Origin: an uncultured Acidobacteriota bacterium
GTDB lineage: Bacteria > Acidobacteriota > Thermoanaerobaculia > Gp7-AA8
DNA length: 64,000 bases
NCBI GenBank assembly: GCA_963822445.1
Contig: CAWGHO010000003.1
Location: 1,568,001-1,632,000, forward strand
Direction of reading: 5' to 3'
Made by a program: the position numbers and the translations under genes. The notes beneath the pieces were generated by a model. The model was not told where the DNA came from. It searched no databases and saw nothing but the letters and a program-made list of their open reading frames with translations. Positions 1 through 10,135 of the stretch are shown here, piece by piece. Positions within the stretch are counted from its first letter, which is position 1, and every line of letters begins with the position of its first letter.

Positions 1-1
1 C

Positions 2-1546
2 GGCGGCATCTACAAGATCATCGCCGTCAAACAAGGCTTCATCCCCGCCATTCAGACTCTCGTTCCGACCGGCGCGAAACACAAGCTCGCGCTGAAGCTG
101 GAGAACGAAGGCAAGCAGAAAAAGAGCACCGCCAATCAGGAAATCTGGGAGCTTCGCGGCTCGCTGCCGCCGGATGTTCTTCGCGATCTCGACAACGTTC
201 TGCAGCCGGCGGAGATCGCGTCCTACGAGGTGCCGCGCTTCCGCGGCGAGATGCTCTCGCTGACCGGCCTCGTGAACCAGGCCGCGGACCCCGCATTCGC
301 CCAGACAGCCCTCGGCGTTCACGGCCGCATCGGCGACAACTGGCAGGTCGGCATCAGCGGCAACATGCAGCGCTTCGAAGATGCGACCGACGGCGTTTCC
401 TTCGGTACTCCGCTCGCCGAGTCGAGCGTGATGTCGATGGAGCTCCGCTCGTCGCCGACGCAGTCGTATCGCGTGGCCTCGACCAAGAGCTCGTGGCGTT
501 ACGTCGACGCGGAGCGCGAGGGTGGCGGCCTGGCCGACGTGCGCGCGCACAACTTCGAGTGGCAGAGCGGTCCGTCGAAGGTCGAGGTCCGCTACTTCCA
601 GCAGCAGAATCTTTTCCACGATGCCTCGAACGTCATCGAGATCGCCGGCGAATCGACCATCCTGCAAACCCGCCGCAATGACCTCGGCGTCTCGCTGCGC
701 GTGACTCAGGAAACGGTCGGGTCGACGTCAGACGCGCTTCGCGTAGCCGACCTGACGGCCAATGGTTCGGTGAGCGTGGTCCCGTCGCTGATCCTGCACT
801 ACGGCATGTCCAGCCGTCTGCGGGTCGATGGTCAGGACTGGGCGCCTCGCACCGGCGCCGAGTGGAAGATCACCGAGAACACCTCGATCGTGGGCTCGGG
901 TCTGTACAAGATCATCGATCACGACGCGACGCGCTTCACGCTGCCGAGCCTCGTTTTCTGGACCGAGGACACGCGTGTGTTGCCGCGGTACCTGTACACG
1001 TTCGGCGTCGTGCATGACGTCGATGGCAAGTCGCGGTTGTCCGCCATTGCCACGGTCTCCGAGACCGACGAGCCACTGCGGATGGTGTTCGGCAACGGCT
1101 ACGACCAGTTCTGGGACGGCCTGTACATCGAGGCCGGCGACATCCGCAAAGACGTGCGCGTGGCGTATCGCAAAGAGTTCGGCAATCGTCTGGCGATCGA
1201 CGTCGCGACCAGCGCCGGCACGGCCGCCCATCGCGACATCACCGAAACGAGCGTGGGCACGAAGACCTACGTGACAGGCGATCTGCAGTCGACCTTCAGC
1301 CCGACGCGGACGACCCTCGCGGTGTCGTATCGCGAGATCCAGCAGCCCCGCGACGATCAGGAAGAGGACTACCGCACCGAGCGCATCAACGTGCGCATGG
1401 CCCAGTCGCTCTACCTGCCCGTCGACCTGAAACTGCTGATCGGCCTCGAGCTCGCGCGCGCCGAGAACTCCCCGTACCTCATCGACACGCTCACCCCGCA
1501 GGGGCGCTCGAAGAAGTATCTGGGCGGGTTGGCGTTGAACTTCTGA
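2..1546 (+). CDS. 5'-truncated outer-membrane beta-barrel protein with probable N-terminal carboxypeptidase-regulatory-like domain
   Basis: Frame is open from position 2 (GGIYKIIAVKQGFIPA...) into ORF 230..1546; amphipathic beta strands; ends GLALNF (C-terminal Phe typical of OM barrels). Confidence 0.6.
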   Translation, partial: GGIYKIIAVKQGFIPAIQTLVPTGAKHKLALKLENEGKQKKSTANQEIWELRGSLPPDVLRDLDNVLQPAEIASYEVPRFRGEMLSLTGLVNQAADPAFAQTALGVHGRIGDNWQVGISGNMQRFEDATDGVSFGTPLAESSVMSMELRSSPTQSYRVASTKSSWRYVDAEREGGGLADVRAHNFEWQSGPSKVEVRYFQQQNLFHDASNVIEIAGESTILQTRRNDLGVSLRVTQETVGSTSDALRVADLTANGSVSVVPSLILHYGMSSRLRVDGQDWAPRTGAEWKITENTSIVGSGLYKIIDHDATRFTLPSLVFWTEDTRVLPRYLYTFGVVHDVDGKSRLSAIATVSETDEPLRMVFGNGYDQFWDGLYIEAGDIRKDVRVAYRKEFGNRLAIDVATSAGTAAHRDITETSVGTKTYVTGDLQSTFSPTRTTLAVSYREIQQPRDDQEEDYRTERINVRMAQSLYLPVDLKLLIGLELARAENSPYLIDTLTPQGRSKKYLGGLALNF

Positions 1547-2088
1547 AGCCAAGCAAATCCGACCTCGCCGCCGCGTACGGCAAGACCCTGCCGGACGTCA
1601 TCGCTCCGAACCTCGACGTCCTCTTCTGCGGCATCAATCCCGGTCTCTACACCGCGGCGATCGGCTGTCATTTCGGGCGCCCCGGTAATCGCTTCTGGCC
1701 GACGATTCACCGCGCCGGATTCACGCCGCGGCTCTTTTCACCGCAGGAGCAGCACGAGCTCCTGAAGCACGGGTGCGGGATCACGAACATGGTCGCCCGC
1801 GCGACCGCGGCGGCGGATGAGCTCACGCCAGAGGAGCTGATCGAGGGAGGCAAGCAGCTCGCGAAGACGGTGAAGCGCTACAAGCCGAAATACCTCGCCG
1901 TGGTCGGAATCGGCGCTTATCGCACGGCGTTCGCGCGGCCGAAGGCGAAGCTGGGATTGCAGGACGAGACCATCGGCGACACGAAAATCTGGGTCTTGCC
2001 GAATCCGAGCGGGTTGAACGCGAACTATCAGGCGCCCGAGCTGGTGGAGCTGTTTCGCGCGCTCGCTACTGCTGCCCGCCGCTCATGA
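1543..2088 (+). CDS. mug: G/U mismatch-specific DNA glycosylase
   Basis: Frame of ORF 1789..2088 extends upstream: LKPSKSDLAAAYGKTLPDVIAPNLDVLFCGINPGLY...HFGRPGNRFW...VLPNPSGLNA; start codon uncertain (CTG at 1543). Confidence 0.9.
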   Translation: MKPSKSDLAAAYGKTLPDVIAPNLDVLFCGINPGLYTAAIGCHFGRPGNRFWPTIHRAGFTPRLFSPQEQHELLKHGCGITNMVARATAAADELTPEELIEGGKQLAKTVKRYKPKYLAVVGIGAYRTAFARPKAKLGLQDETIGDTKIWVLPNPSGLNANYQAPELVELFRALATAARRS

Positions 2089-3097
2089 ATCCGGGGCGGA
2101 TCTCTTCGACCAGCTTCGCGAAGCGGTACGACAGCCCTTTCGTGATCACGATCTGCTTGAGGTAGTTGAGCGACGTGATCGCCGCGGGGATCCCGGAGAT
2201 CGCGGTTGGAATCGACGCCAGCCGGCCGGCGAGCTGAATGGTCTTGTCGATCGTCGAGTAGCTCGTCGATCGCAGATCCGCTCCCATCTCGCTCTGGTAG
2301 GCCATGGTCAGCAGGTAAATGTCGGCGACCAGCTCGCGGAAGCGCATCTCGCTGCCCCAGGCGAAGCAGTTGCCGGCGCGGACGTTGTCGAGGAACTCCT
2401 GCACGGTCTCGCCCTTCGACACGGTATGCACCTTCGCCACGTGCTTGAGCGTGTGCGCGTCCGAGCCGCCAACCATCGAAACGTGCTTGCCGTGCTCCTC
2501 TTTCACATGCTGCACGAGCTGCTGGACCATCTTGTTGTGGAACGACGCCATGGCCCCGTTCACCACTTCGTAGATGTCGAACATTTCCAGCAACTCGGCG
2601 ATGTAGCGGCCGGCCACGTTCTTCATCCGATAGTTCTGGAAGAGGTGGTTGATGCCGAAGAGCATCTGCTGCGACTTCATGTAGGGGATCAGCTCGCGGA
2701 TGTTCGGGCGGAGACGCTGGATCTCGCGATGCTGCTCCTCGTTCAGCCCCCAGACGCCGATATGGATGCGCTGGCCGGTCTCCGGAAAATAGGTCTCGAC
2801 CTCTTCGCCGATGAAGAAGTCCGTCATGTCCGGGTACTTGTTTAAAAGGTAGAGTGCGCCATCGATCGAGTCGTGATCGGTGAGGGTGACGTAGGACATC
2901 CCCCGTTCTTTGGCGAGCCGGTAGACGTCCTCGGGCGGGTTGTAGCAGTCCCGAGTATTGGCGCGGCGGAAGTATTTGAAGACCGAAAAGCGGCTGTGGC
3001 AGTGCAGATCGGCACGCTTCAGCGTCGGATCGGCAAATGCATCCGACGTTGTGGTTTCAATCATCTGGCCGGCCGCTTGATCAGGAACATTGTTCAT
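2066..3097 (-). CDS. PHP-domain metal-dependent phosphoesterase
   Basis: DLHCHS, LTDHDSIDG, GEEV, INH and GGSDAH PHP motifs; start at 3097 or 3064. Confidence 0.85.
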   Translation of the reverse strand: MNNVPDQAAGQMIETTTSDAFADPTLKRADLHCHSRFSVFKYFRRANTRDCYNPPEDVYRLAKERGMSYVTLTDHDSIDGALYLLNKYPDMTDFFIGEEVETYFPETGQRIHIGVWGLNEEQHREIQRLRPNIRELIPYMKSQQMLFGINHLFQNYRMKNVAGRYIAELLEMFDIYEVVNGAMASFHNKMVQQLVQHVKEEHGKHVSMVGGSDAHTLKHVAKVHTVSKGETVQEFLDNVRAGNCFAWGSEMRFRELVADIYLLTMAYQSEMGADLRSTSYSTIDKTIQLAGRLASIPTAISGIPAAITSLNYLKQIVITKGLSYRFAKLVEEIRPGFMSGGQQ

Positions 3098-3146
3098 CCG
3101 AGGGGCATTTTCTACAATTCGCGTGCCCCCGCACAGAAAATTGCAA

Positions 3147-5639
3147 ATGCCTCCATCGCAAAGAGCTAAACCAACTCCGAACAACATGCAGCACGACTGG
3201 GTCGACCTCGAGGTCCCCAGCCGCCTGCCGGTCATCCCGCTGGTCTCGTCCGTCCTCTTTCCGGGCGGCGTGCTTTCGCTGCAGGTGGGGATCGACCGCA
3301 ACGTCCGCCTGCTGAAGAGCCTCCCCGACGATCAGAACCTCATCGCCGCCTTCTGCCAGAAGACCGGCGACAAGGAAAACCCGCGGCCGGAAGACCTCGC
3401 GCCGGTGGGCGTGCTCGCCGCGATCGTGCAGCGCCTTCCGCTCTCCGCGGACCGTTACCAGCTCTTTCTGCAGGGGCGGCAGCGCGTCGAGCTCGTGCAG
3501 ATGCTGCAGAACGAGCCTTACTTCGAAGCGCAGCTGCGCGAGCTCGCGCCGAAGCCGATCTCGAAAGGCGTCAAGACCGATCAGCTCATGAACAAGGCCA
3601 TGTCCCTGTTCGAGAAGCTGGTCGAAAGTGACTCGAAGTACTCGAACGAACTCCTGAACATCCTGCGGATGAACATGGCCGAGGGGCCGGACACGTTCGC
3701 CGATCTGCTGTCGTCGTTCGTCAACTTCCCGCTCGAAGAGAAACAGCTCCTGCTCGAAACGGTGAATCCGATCGAGCGCATCGAGTTGCTGATCGACTAC
3801 ATCCAGCGCGACCTCGGACGAGCGACCGTCGATCGCGAGCTCCAGCGCCAGATTCAGACGTCCATCGATCGCCGCGATCGCGAGAACTACCTGCGCGAGC
3901 AGATGCGGATCATCCAGGACGAGCTGGGGGAGACCAACGCCGCCGAACGCGAGGCCGACACCTATCGCGATCGCATCGAAGCGCTACCGGTCGCTGAAGA
4001 GCACAAACAGTCGCTGCGGCGCGAGGTCACGCGCATGGGGCAGCTCTCGCAGTCCTCATCCGACTACGCCGTGATCAAAGGCCATCTCGACACCGTCCTG
4101 CAGGTTCCCTGGACGGCGCACACGGAAGACCGGCTCGATCTGAACAAGGCCGAGGAGATCCTCGACCAGCGGCATCACGGTCTGGAGAAGGTCAAGGAGC
4201 GCGTCCTCGAGTTCCTGGCCGTGCTCAAGCTGAAGGGCGATCTCAAAGGACCGATCCTCTGCTTCGTCGGACCTCCCGGCGTCGGCAAGACCTCGCTCGG
4301 ATCCGCCATCGCCGACTCGCTCGGCCGCAAATTCGTGCGCATGGCCGTCGGCGGCGTGACCGACGAGTCGGAGATTCGCGGGCATCGCAAGACCTACATC
4401 GGCGCGATGCCCGGGAAACTGATCAACAGCTACATCCAGGTCGGCGTGAACAACCCGCTGATCATGATCGACGAGATCGACAAGATCGGAAAAGACTTCC
4501 GCGGCGATCCGGCGTCGGCGCTGCTCGAAGTGCTCGATCCCAAACAGAACCACGCCTTCGTCGATCGCTACCTCGAGATTCCGTACGACCTCTCGCACAC
4601 GCTGTTCATCTGCACCGCGAACGTGCTGGACATGATTCCCAGCCCGCTTCGCGACCGCATGGAAGTGATCCGTCTCTCCGGCTACACCGAGAACGAGAAA
4701 CTGGCCATCGCCACCAAACACCTCATCCCCGAGCTCCTCGAGAATCACGGACTCGGGCCGGAGCAGGTGACCATCGAGAACGACGCGATCTCGACCATCG
4801 TCCGCGACTACACCGCCGAGTCGGGCGTGCGCAATCTCGAGCGGAATCTGGCGACGGTGCTGCGGAAGATCGCGCGCAAAGTCGCCAGCGACGACGCCGT
4901 CGCAACGCAGACCTACGAGGTCAAAAAAGACGACATCGAGACCTACCTCGGCCTCGCCAAGTTCGAACACGAATTCGCGGAGCGGCATCCGGAGATCGGC
5001 GTGACCACCGGTCTGGCCTGGACGCAGTTCGGCGGCGAGATCATGTTCATCGAGGCCACGCGCATGCCCGGCAGCGGCCGCACCACTGTCACCGGCCAGC
5101 TCGGCGACGTCATGCGCGAGTCGGTCACCGCGGCCTACTCCTACGTCCGCTCGCGCGCCCACGACCTCGGCATCGACGACAGCAAGTTCACCGACGCCGA
5201 CATCCACATCCACTTCCCGGCCGGCGCGATTCCGAAAGACGGGCCGTCCGCCGGTGTCGCCATCGCCACCTGCATCGCTTCGGTGATGGGAGAGCGTCCC
5301 GTGCGCCACGACGTGGCCATGAGCGGCGAGATCACCCTCCGCGGCAAGGTCCTCTCCGTCGGCGGCATCAAGGAAAAGGTGATGGCCGCGCACCGCGCGA
5401 ACATCAAGACCGTCCTCCTGCCCGAAGGCAACCGCAAGGACCTGCAGGAAGTGCCGGAGGAGACCAAGGGCGCGCTGAAGTTCCTCTTCGCCGAGCGCGT
5501 CGAGGACGTCTGGAAAGAGGCCCTCATTCCGCTGTACGTGGTCAAGGATCACGACCGCAAGTACGACCGCGCCGAGTACGACAAGGAGTTCACCGCCGAA
5601 CAGCAGAAGGAAGAGCGGGAGCGGGCCGACCGGCGATGA
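3147..5639 (+). CDS. lon: ATP-dependent Lon protease
   Basis: LON N-domain, Walker [14 protein letters not shown], catalytic PKDGPSAG and GGIKEK; start 3147 or 3186. Confidence 0.97.
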   Translation: MPPSQRAKPTPNNMQHDWVDLEVPSRLPVIPLVSSVLFPGGVLSLQVGIDRNVRLLKSLPDDQNLIAAFCQKTGDKENPRPEDLAPVGVLAAIVQRLPLSADRYQLFLQGRQRVELVQMLQNEPYFEAQLRELAPKPISKGVKTDQLMNKAMSLFEKLVESDSKYSNELLNILRMNMAEGPDTFADLLSSFVNFPLEEKQLLLETVNPIERIELLIDYIQRDLGRATVDRELQRQIQTSIDRRDRENYLREQMRIIQDELGETNAAEREADTYRDRIEALPVAEEHKQSLRREVTRMGQLSQSSSDYAVIKGHLDTVLQVPWTAHTEDRLDLNKAEEILDQRHHGLEKVKERVLEFLAVLKLKGDLKGPILCFVGPPGVGKTSLGSAIADSLGRKFVRMAVGGVTDESEIRGHRKTYIGAMPGKLINSYIQVGVNNPLIMIDEIDKIGKDFRGDPASALLEVLDPKQNHAFVDRYLEIPYDLSHTLFICTANVLDMIPSPLRDRMEVIRLSGYTENEKLAIATKHLIPELLENHGLGPEQVTIENDAISTIVRDYTAESGVRNLERNLATVLRKIARKVASDDAVATQTYEVKKDDIETYLGLAKFEHEFAERHPEIGVTTGLAWTQFGGEIMFIEATRMPGSGRTTVTGQLGDVMRESVTAAYSYVRSRAHDLGIDDSKFTDADIHIHFPAGAIPKDGPSAGVAIATCIASVMGERPVRHDVAMSGEITLRGKVLSVGGIKEKVMAAHRANIKTVLLPEGNRKDLQEVPEETKGALKFLFAERVEDVWKEALIPLYVVKDHDRKYDRAEYDKEFTAEQQKEERERADRR

Positions 5640-5653
5640 GGGAGAGCTTTCAG

Positions 5654-5798
5654 AGTTTATCCCGCGCGAAGACGCGGGATCTCCGGTTACACCGGGTCCC
5701 TCAAGCCGTTGGGGAGGAACGCAGCCCCGCGGTTTCGTTTCATCGCGAAATCCACGTTCGTGCACGAAGAGATCCCGCGTCTACGCGCGGGATAAACT
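5654..5798. repeat. REPIN/MITE-like inverted pair of 30-bp hairpin repeats
   Basis: agtttatcccgcgcgaagacgcgggatctc (5654-5683) and gagatcccgcgtctacgcgcgggataaact (5769-5798) are reverse complements with 1 mismatch; each arm is itself a hairpin. Confidence 0.85.
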
Positions 5799-5823
5799 TC
5801 TCGCGCAGGATGAACTGCGGCAA

Positions 5824-6591
5824 ATGAGGCGGGGCGGCTGTTTCGGCACTCTTCTGTTTGGCGCGCTTCTCCTCCTTGCGTTCGGCGGCAGCAGCTATTT
5901 CTGGTTCACCTACTTCGTGAAGGGGCGCTCGCTGCCGACGCCGAATCTCATCGGCAGATCGGTGGCCCAGGCCCGCGCGATCACCGCCGATCTCGGGGTT
6001 GAGCTCATCGTCGACGAGGAGCATCGCCGCAACGCCGACAACGTTCCCGTCGGCCACATGGTCTGGCAGAACCGGTCCCCGGGCGCGACCAGCTTCATCA
6101 AGCGCGGCAGCACGATCAAAGTCGAGCTCAGCGCCGGTCCGCTGGTCATTCGCGTCCCCGACCTGGCCGGATCGACCGCCGGCACGGGCATGCTCCGCCT
6201 TGGCCAGCAGAATCTGAAGCCGAACCATCTCGCCTACGTCGGCACCATCGCCACGGGCATCCTCGGCGCGGATCCTCCGAAAGAAACCGTCGTTCCTCCC
6301 CAGACCGCGGTCTCGCTGCTGGTGTCGGTTCCGCCGCTCCCGCCGCAATACGTGATGCCCGATCTGATCGACCGCCCGCTGGACCGCGTGCGGCCGTCGC
6401 TCGAAGCGCGTGGGCTCACCGTTTCGACGGTGAAGTTCGAGGCCTACCCGGGAATCGCGGATGGCATAATCATCCGCCAGTACCCGCTCCGCGGCGCACC
6501 GGTGAGCAGCCGCGATCCGATCTCCGTAGTCGTGTCGCGCCAGGAAGAAACCAGCATCATCGAGGGAGCGCCGCCGCCGCCCGCGCCCTGA
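5824..6591 (+). CDS. Membrane-anchored multi-PASTA domain protein (no kinase domain)
   Basis: N-terminal TM helix; three P(N/D)L(I/A)G/D...Q.P PASTA-like repeats; upstream of rpe. Confidence 0.85.
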   Translation: MRRGGCFGTLLFGALLLLAFGGSSYFWFTYFVKGRSLPTPNLIGRSVAQARAITADLGVELIVDEEHRRNADNVPVGHMVWQNRSPGATSFIKRGSTIKVELSAGPLVIRVPDLAGSTAGTGMLRLGQQNLKPNHLAYVGTIATGILGADPPKETVVPPQTAVSLLVSVPPLPPQYVMPDLIDRPLDRVRPSLEARGLTVSTVKFEAYPGIADGIIIRQYPLRGAPVSSRDPISVVVSRQEETSIIEGAPPPPAP

Positions 6592-6600
6592 CCAGAACGA

Positions 6601-7278
6601 ATGATCCGCATCGCCCCATCACTGCTTTCCGCGGACTTCTCCCGTCTCGACGAGGAGTTGAGGACCATCGACCCCGGCGCGGACGTCCTGCACCTCGACG
6701 TCATGGACGGCCATTTCGTCCCGAACATCACCATCGGCCCGCTGATCATCAAGGCCCTCCGTCCTCGCACGAAGCTGCCTTTCGACTGTCACCTGATGAT
6801 CGAGGAGCCGCAGAAGTACATCGGCGCGTTCCTCGACGCCGGGGCGGACATGATCTCGATTCACGTCGAGGCCGAGCCTCATCTCCAGCGCGCCCTGCAA
6901 CTGATCAGGGACGGGGGAGCGAAGGCCGGCATCGCCATCAACCCGGCCACGAGCGCCGAATCGCTGTCGGCGGCGATCGAGTTTTGCGACTACATCCTGG
7001 TCATGACCGTCAATCCCGGCTTCGGCGGGCAGAAGTTCATAGAACCTGTGGTGCCCAAGATCCGTCATATCTCCAGTCTCATTCGTGAGCGGGGTCTCCA
7101 GGTAGAAATCGAAGTCGACGGAGGAATCGACGCGAGGACGGCGCCCATCGTGGCGGCCGCCGGCGCGACGCTCCTCGTTGCGGGCTCAGCCGTTTTCGGA
7201 CAGCCGGACCGCACCAAGGCAATGGAAGCGATCAGAAACGCTGTTAGGGGCCAAAAGGCTGGGGTCCAAAAGGTATGA
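6601..7278 (+). CDS. rpe: Ribulose-phosphate 3-epimerase
   Basis: IAPSLLSADF, HLDVMDGHFVPN, MTVNPGFGGQ, EVDGGI. Confidence 0.98.
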   Translation: MIRIAPSLLSADFSRLDEELRTIDPGADVLHLDVMDGHFVPNITIGPLIIKALRPRTKLPFDCHLMIEEPQKYIGAFLDAGADMISIHVEAEPHLQRALQLIRDGGAKAGIAINPATSAESLSAAIEFCDYILVMTVNPGFGGQKFIEPVVPKIRHISSLIRERGLQVEIEVDGGIDARTAPIVAAAGATLLVAGSAVFGQPDRTKAMEAIRNAVRGQKAGVQKV

Positions 7279-8072
7279 CCGGAGGTCGTTTGAAACTCAG
7301 AACCATCATCACGCTACTGGTGCTCGTCGCGTCGCTCGCGGCGTGCAAGAGCGGTATGCGCAGTCCGCGGCTCACCGTCGATCCGGAGCTGCTCGCGCTT
7401 TCGAAGGAAGAGGCGTATCAGCGCGGCGAAGAGCAGTTCGGCCGCCGCAAGTGGCAGCGCGCGCGCACCTATTACACCCACGTCTACGAGAACTACCCGA
7501 ACGACCCGCTCGGCCGCCGCAGCCTGCTGCGCATCGCCGACACGTACTACGAGCAGGGTGACGCGGTGAATCTCGTGGAAGCCCAGTACAAGTACCGCGA
7601 CTTCATCAATCGCTACCCGACCAGCGAACAGGCCGACTACGCGATGCTGCGGATCGCCATGTGCTCGTTCAAGCAGATGGAGAAGCCCGATCGCGATCAG
7701 CAGAAGACCCGCGAGGCCGTCGAGAAGTTCGACGACATGCTCAAGTCGTATCCGAAGAGCGCCCTGCGCGCGGAAGCGGAAGCGAAGAAGCAGGAAGCGC
7801 TCGACCGCCTGGCCAAGCACGAGCACATGGTCGCCCGCTACTACATCAAGCGAGGCAGCTACACCTCGGCACTCCAGCGTCTGAATTACCTCGTCGACAC
7901 CTATCCGAACTACGTCGACCGTGCGGGCGTCTTCTACGACCTCGGCACGTCGCTGTCGGAGATGGGACGGAACGGCGAGGCCCGGCTTTACTTCGAGCGC
8001 ATCGTCGCGGAGTTCCCGCAGAGCGAGTACGCCGACCGCGCGAAGCGCCGGCTCGAGACGACCAAAGCATGA
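7275..8072 (+). CDS. bamD: Outer membrane protein assembly factor BamD (TPR lipoprotein)
   Basis: Lipobox LAAC, FINRYP, PDRDQ..T, LAKHE..VARYY. Confidence 0.9.
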   Translation: MTGGRLKLRTIITLLVLVASLAACKSGMRSPRLTVDPELLALSKEEAYQRGEEQFGRRKWQRARTYYTHVYENYPNDPLGRRSLLRIADTYYEQGDAVNLVEAQYKYRDFINRYPTSEQADYAMLRIAMCSFKQMEKPDRDQQKTREAVEKFDDMLKSYPKSALRAEAEAKKQEALDRLAKHEHMVARYYIKRGSYTSALQRLNYLVDTYPNYVDRAGVFYDLGTSLSEMGRNGEARLYFERIVAEFPQSEYADRAKRRLETTKA

Positions 8073-8758
8073 GAAAGCTAGCCGCGGCGGCCCTTTTCTT
8101 CGCGGTGGCCTGCGCCTCGTCGGATGACGGACCGGCGCCGTCCTCTATGCCGCCGCAGGCTGCAGCCGATCCTCGTATCGGCGAGATGCAGACCCAGCTC
8201 ACCGAGCTGCTCGAGCGGATCGATGTCCTGAATCACCGCATTGCGCGGCTCGAGGAACCGGTTGTGCTGCAGGCTTCTGCCCCGCCTCCCGCTCCCGCCC
8301 GAGGCACGCCGGAGGCGCGCACCACACCGGTCCAGCCCTCGCCAGCTCCGCCGCAGCCCACGCAACCCGCGTTGGTGAGCGCGCAGATCGCCGGCGACTA
8401 TCGCCAGGCGATCGTTCTCTTCGGCCAGGGCAAGCTCGCCGATGCCCGCCGCGCCTTCCAGCAGGTTTATGAAGCCGAGGAGCAGGGCGATCTCGCCGAT
8501 AACGCGCTGTTCTGGATCGGCGAGACGTACTTTGCGGCGAAGGATTACGTGAACGCGACCCGCTTCTACATGCGCGTCACCACGGACTACGCCGACCAGA
8601 ACAAGGCCCCCGACGCGATGTTCAAGACCGCCCTCGCGCAGGAGCGCACCGGCGACCTGGCCCTCGCGCGCAGAACCCTGCAGCAGGTGATCGAGCGCTA
8701 TCCGTATTCGAGCTCGGCCTCCACCGCGAAGCAGGAGTTGCAGCGGATCAAGTACTAG
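8069..8758 (+). CDS. Tol-Pal associated CpoB/YbgF-like TPR lipoprotein
   Basis: ATG 8069 overlaps bamD stop; signal VAC, coiled coil, ADNALFWIGE, KAPDAMFK, YP.S. Confidence 0.8.
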   Translation: MRKLAAAALFFAVACASSDDGPAPSSMPPQAAADPRIGEMQTQLTELLERIDVLNHRIARLEEPVVLQASAPPPAPARGTPEARTTPVQPSPAPPQPTQPALVSAQIAGDYRQAIVLFGQGKLADARRAFQQVYEAEEQGDLADNALFWIGETYFAAKDYVNATRFYMRVTTDYADQNKAPDAMFKTALAQERTGDLALARRTLQQVIERYPYSSSASTAKQELQRIKY

Positions 8759-8850
8759 TAGGCGGTACGGCGCTTCGCGCCTCGCGGTAGGCGGTAGGCA
8801 GTGGAACCGCCTTACTCCTGCCTACCGCCTACTGCCTACTGCCTACTAGA
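8759..8850. repeat. Inverted heptamer tandem-repeat element (TAGGCRG / CTGCCTA)
   Basis: taggcgg..taggcggtaggcag ... ctgcctaccgcctactgcctactgcctac. Confidence 0.8.
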
Positions 8851-8860
8851 ATGCCCCGCT

Positions 8861-9601
8861 ATGGCCGAAGAGACCGAAAGCGGTGCGTCACTCCTTGCTC
8901 GTCGTGAGTACGCGCGTGCCGTGCCGCTGCTGAAGCGCGAGCACGAGAAGTACCCTTCCAACCCGCGCATTCGCCTGCAATACGCCGACGCCCTTTCCGG
9001 CGCGGGCATGATCGACGAGGCCGTCGGGCAGTACGACGCCACCGCGCAGTACTACGAAGACAACGGCCTCACCGTGCAGGCGATCGCCGTCCGGAAGAAG
9101 GCGGAGAAGGTTCGCGAGCAACTCCCGAAAGCCGACGACGCCGCGGGCAAGTCCGAGCCACTCTTCAACAAGCCGGCCGTGAAGAGCCCTCTCTTCGAAG
9201 TGCTCCAGGACGACGAGCGCGAGGCCCTCATCAAGGAAATGGAAGGGGAGTCGCACGAAGAGGGAAGCGTCATCATCAGCGAGGGCGATCCCGGCACGTC
9301 GATGTATCTCATCGCCTCCGGCGAAGTGAAGGTCTACACCCGCGGAACCGGCGGAACGGTCTACCTGGCCAACCTCGGCGAAGGGGATTTTTTCGGAGAA
9401 GTGAGCATGTTGACCGGCAAGCCACGGACGGCGACCATCACCGCCTCCCAGCGCACCGAGCTCCTTCGCCTCGACAAGGAAAAGCTCGACACCGCTCTCG
9501 CGAAATACCCGGGCATCCGCAAGGTCCTCGACGATTTCTACAAGAAGCGGGCGAAACACACAGTCGAGGCCATGATCGAGAGTCTGAAAAAGAAAAAATG
9601 A
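8861..9601 (+). CDS. TPR plus cyclic-nucleotide-binding domain protein
   Basis: IISEGDPG.SMYLIASGEV, LGEGDFFGEVSML...RTAT phosphate-binding cassette; N-terminal TPR-like helices. Confidence 0.9.
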   Translation: MAEETESGASLLARREYARAVPLLKREHEKYPSNPRIRLQYADALSGAGMIDEAVGQYDATAQYYEDNGLTVQAIAVRKKAEKVREQLPKADDAAGKSEPLFNKPAVKSPLFEVLQDDEREALIKEMEGESHEEGSVIISEGDPGTSMYLIASGEVKVYTRGTGGTVYLANLGEGDFFGEVSMLTGKPRTATITASQRTELLRLDKEKLDTALAKYPGIRKVLDDFYKKRAKHTVEAMIESLKKKK

Positions 9602-10110
9602 TCCTGCCCATCCGCAAATTCGGCGACGACGTGCTCCGCCTCCCCGCCGAGCCCATCGCCGAGATCGATCAGCCGCTGCAGAAGCTGATCGACGACATGA
9701 TCGAGACCATGTACGCCGCTCCCGGCGTCGGCCTTGCCGCGAACCAGGTCGGCGTGGCCCGCCGGCTGATGGTCATCGACCTCTCCGTCGGCAAGCGCCC
9801 CGGTGAGTGCCACGTCTTCATCAATCCCGAAATCATCGATTCGGAAGGCGAGGTCACCGAGGAAGAGGGTTGCCTCTCGATCCCCGACTTCGTGGAGATC
9901 GTCACCCGTCCGGAGAAAGTGAAGCTGCGTTACCTCGACCGCAACGGAAAAGAGCGCGAGATGTGGGGCGAAGGCCTGATGGCCCGGGCCATGTGCCACG
10001 AGATCGACCACCTCAACGGAACCCTCTTCGTCGATCACCTGCGCGGCTTCAAGAAAGAGAAGATCCTGAAGAAGATCTCCAAGCTGGCCCGTTCGGGCAT
10101 GTGGTTCTGA
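9598..10110 (+). CDS. def: Peptide deformylase
   Basis: GVGLAANQVG, EGCLS, HEIDHLNG. Confidence 0.98.
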   Translation: MILPIRKFGDDVLRLPAEPIAEIDQPLQKLIDDMIETMYAAPGVGLAANQVGVARRLMVIDLSVGKRPGECHVFINPEIIDSEGEVTEEEGCLSIPDFVEIVTRPEKVKLRYLDRNGKEREMWGEGLMARAMCHEIDHLNGTLFVDHLRGFKKEKILKKISKLARSGMWF

Positions 10111-10135
10111 CGCGCGGCATGTAGAATCCCGCGCG

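Noticed and set aside
4056-5765. Long antisense ORFs (e.g. opposite lon, TonB receptor, uvrB, uvrC, DUF4388 gene)
   Set aside because: Expected shadow ORFs of high-GC codon bias; no recognisable motifs.
7661-8068. Upstream extensions of ORF-track calls (7661, 35090, 36036, 40581, 49541, 50109, 60847)
   Set aside because: They overlap real genes or rnpB; better starts with signal peptides, RBS or ATGA coupling lie downstream.
8759-8850. Short tandem repeats as a possible CRISPR array (also 23140, 47770)
   Set aside because: Units are 7-8 bp with no unique spacers, arranged as inverted arrays; no cas genes in the window.
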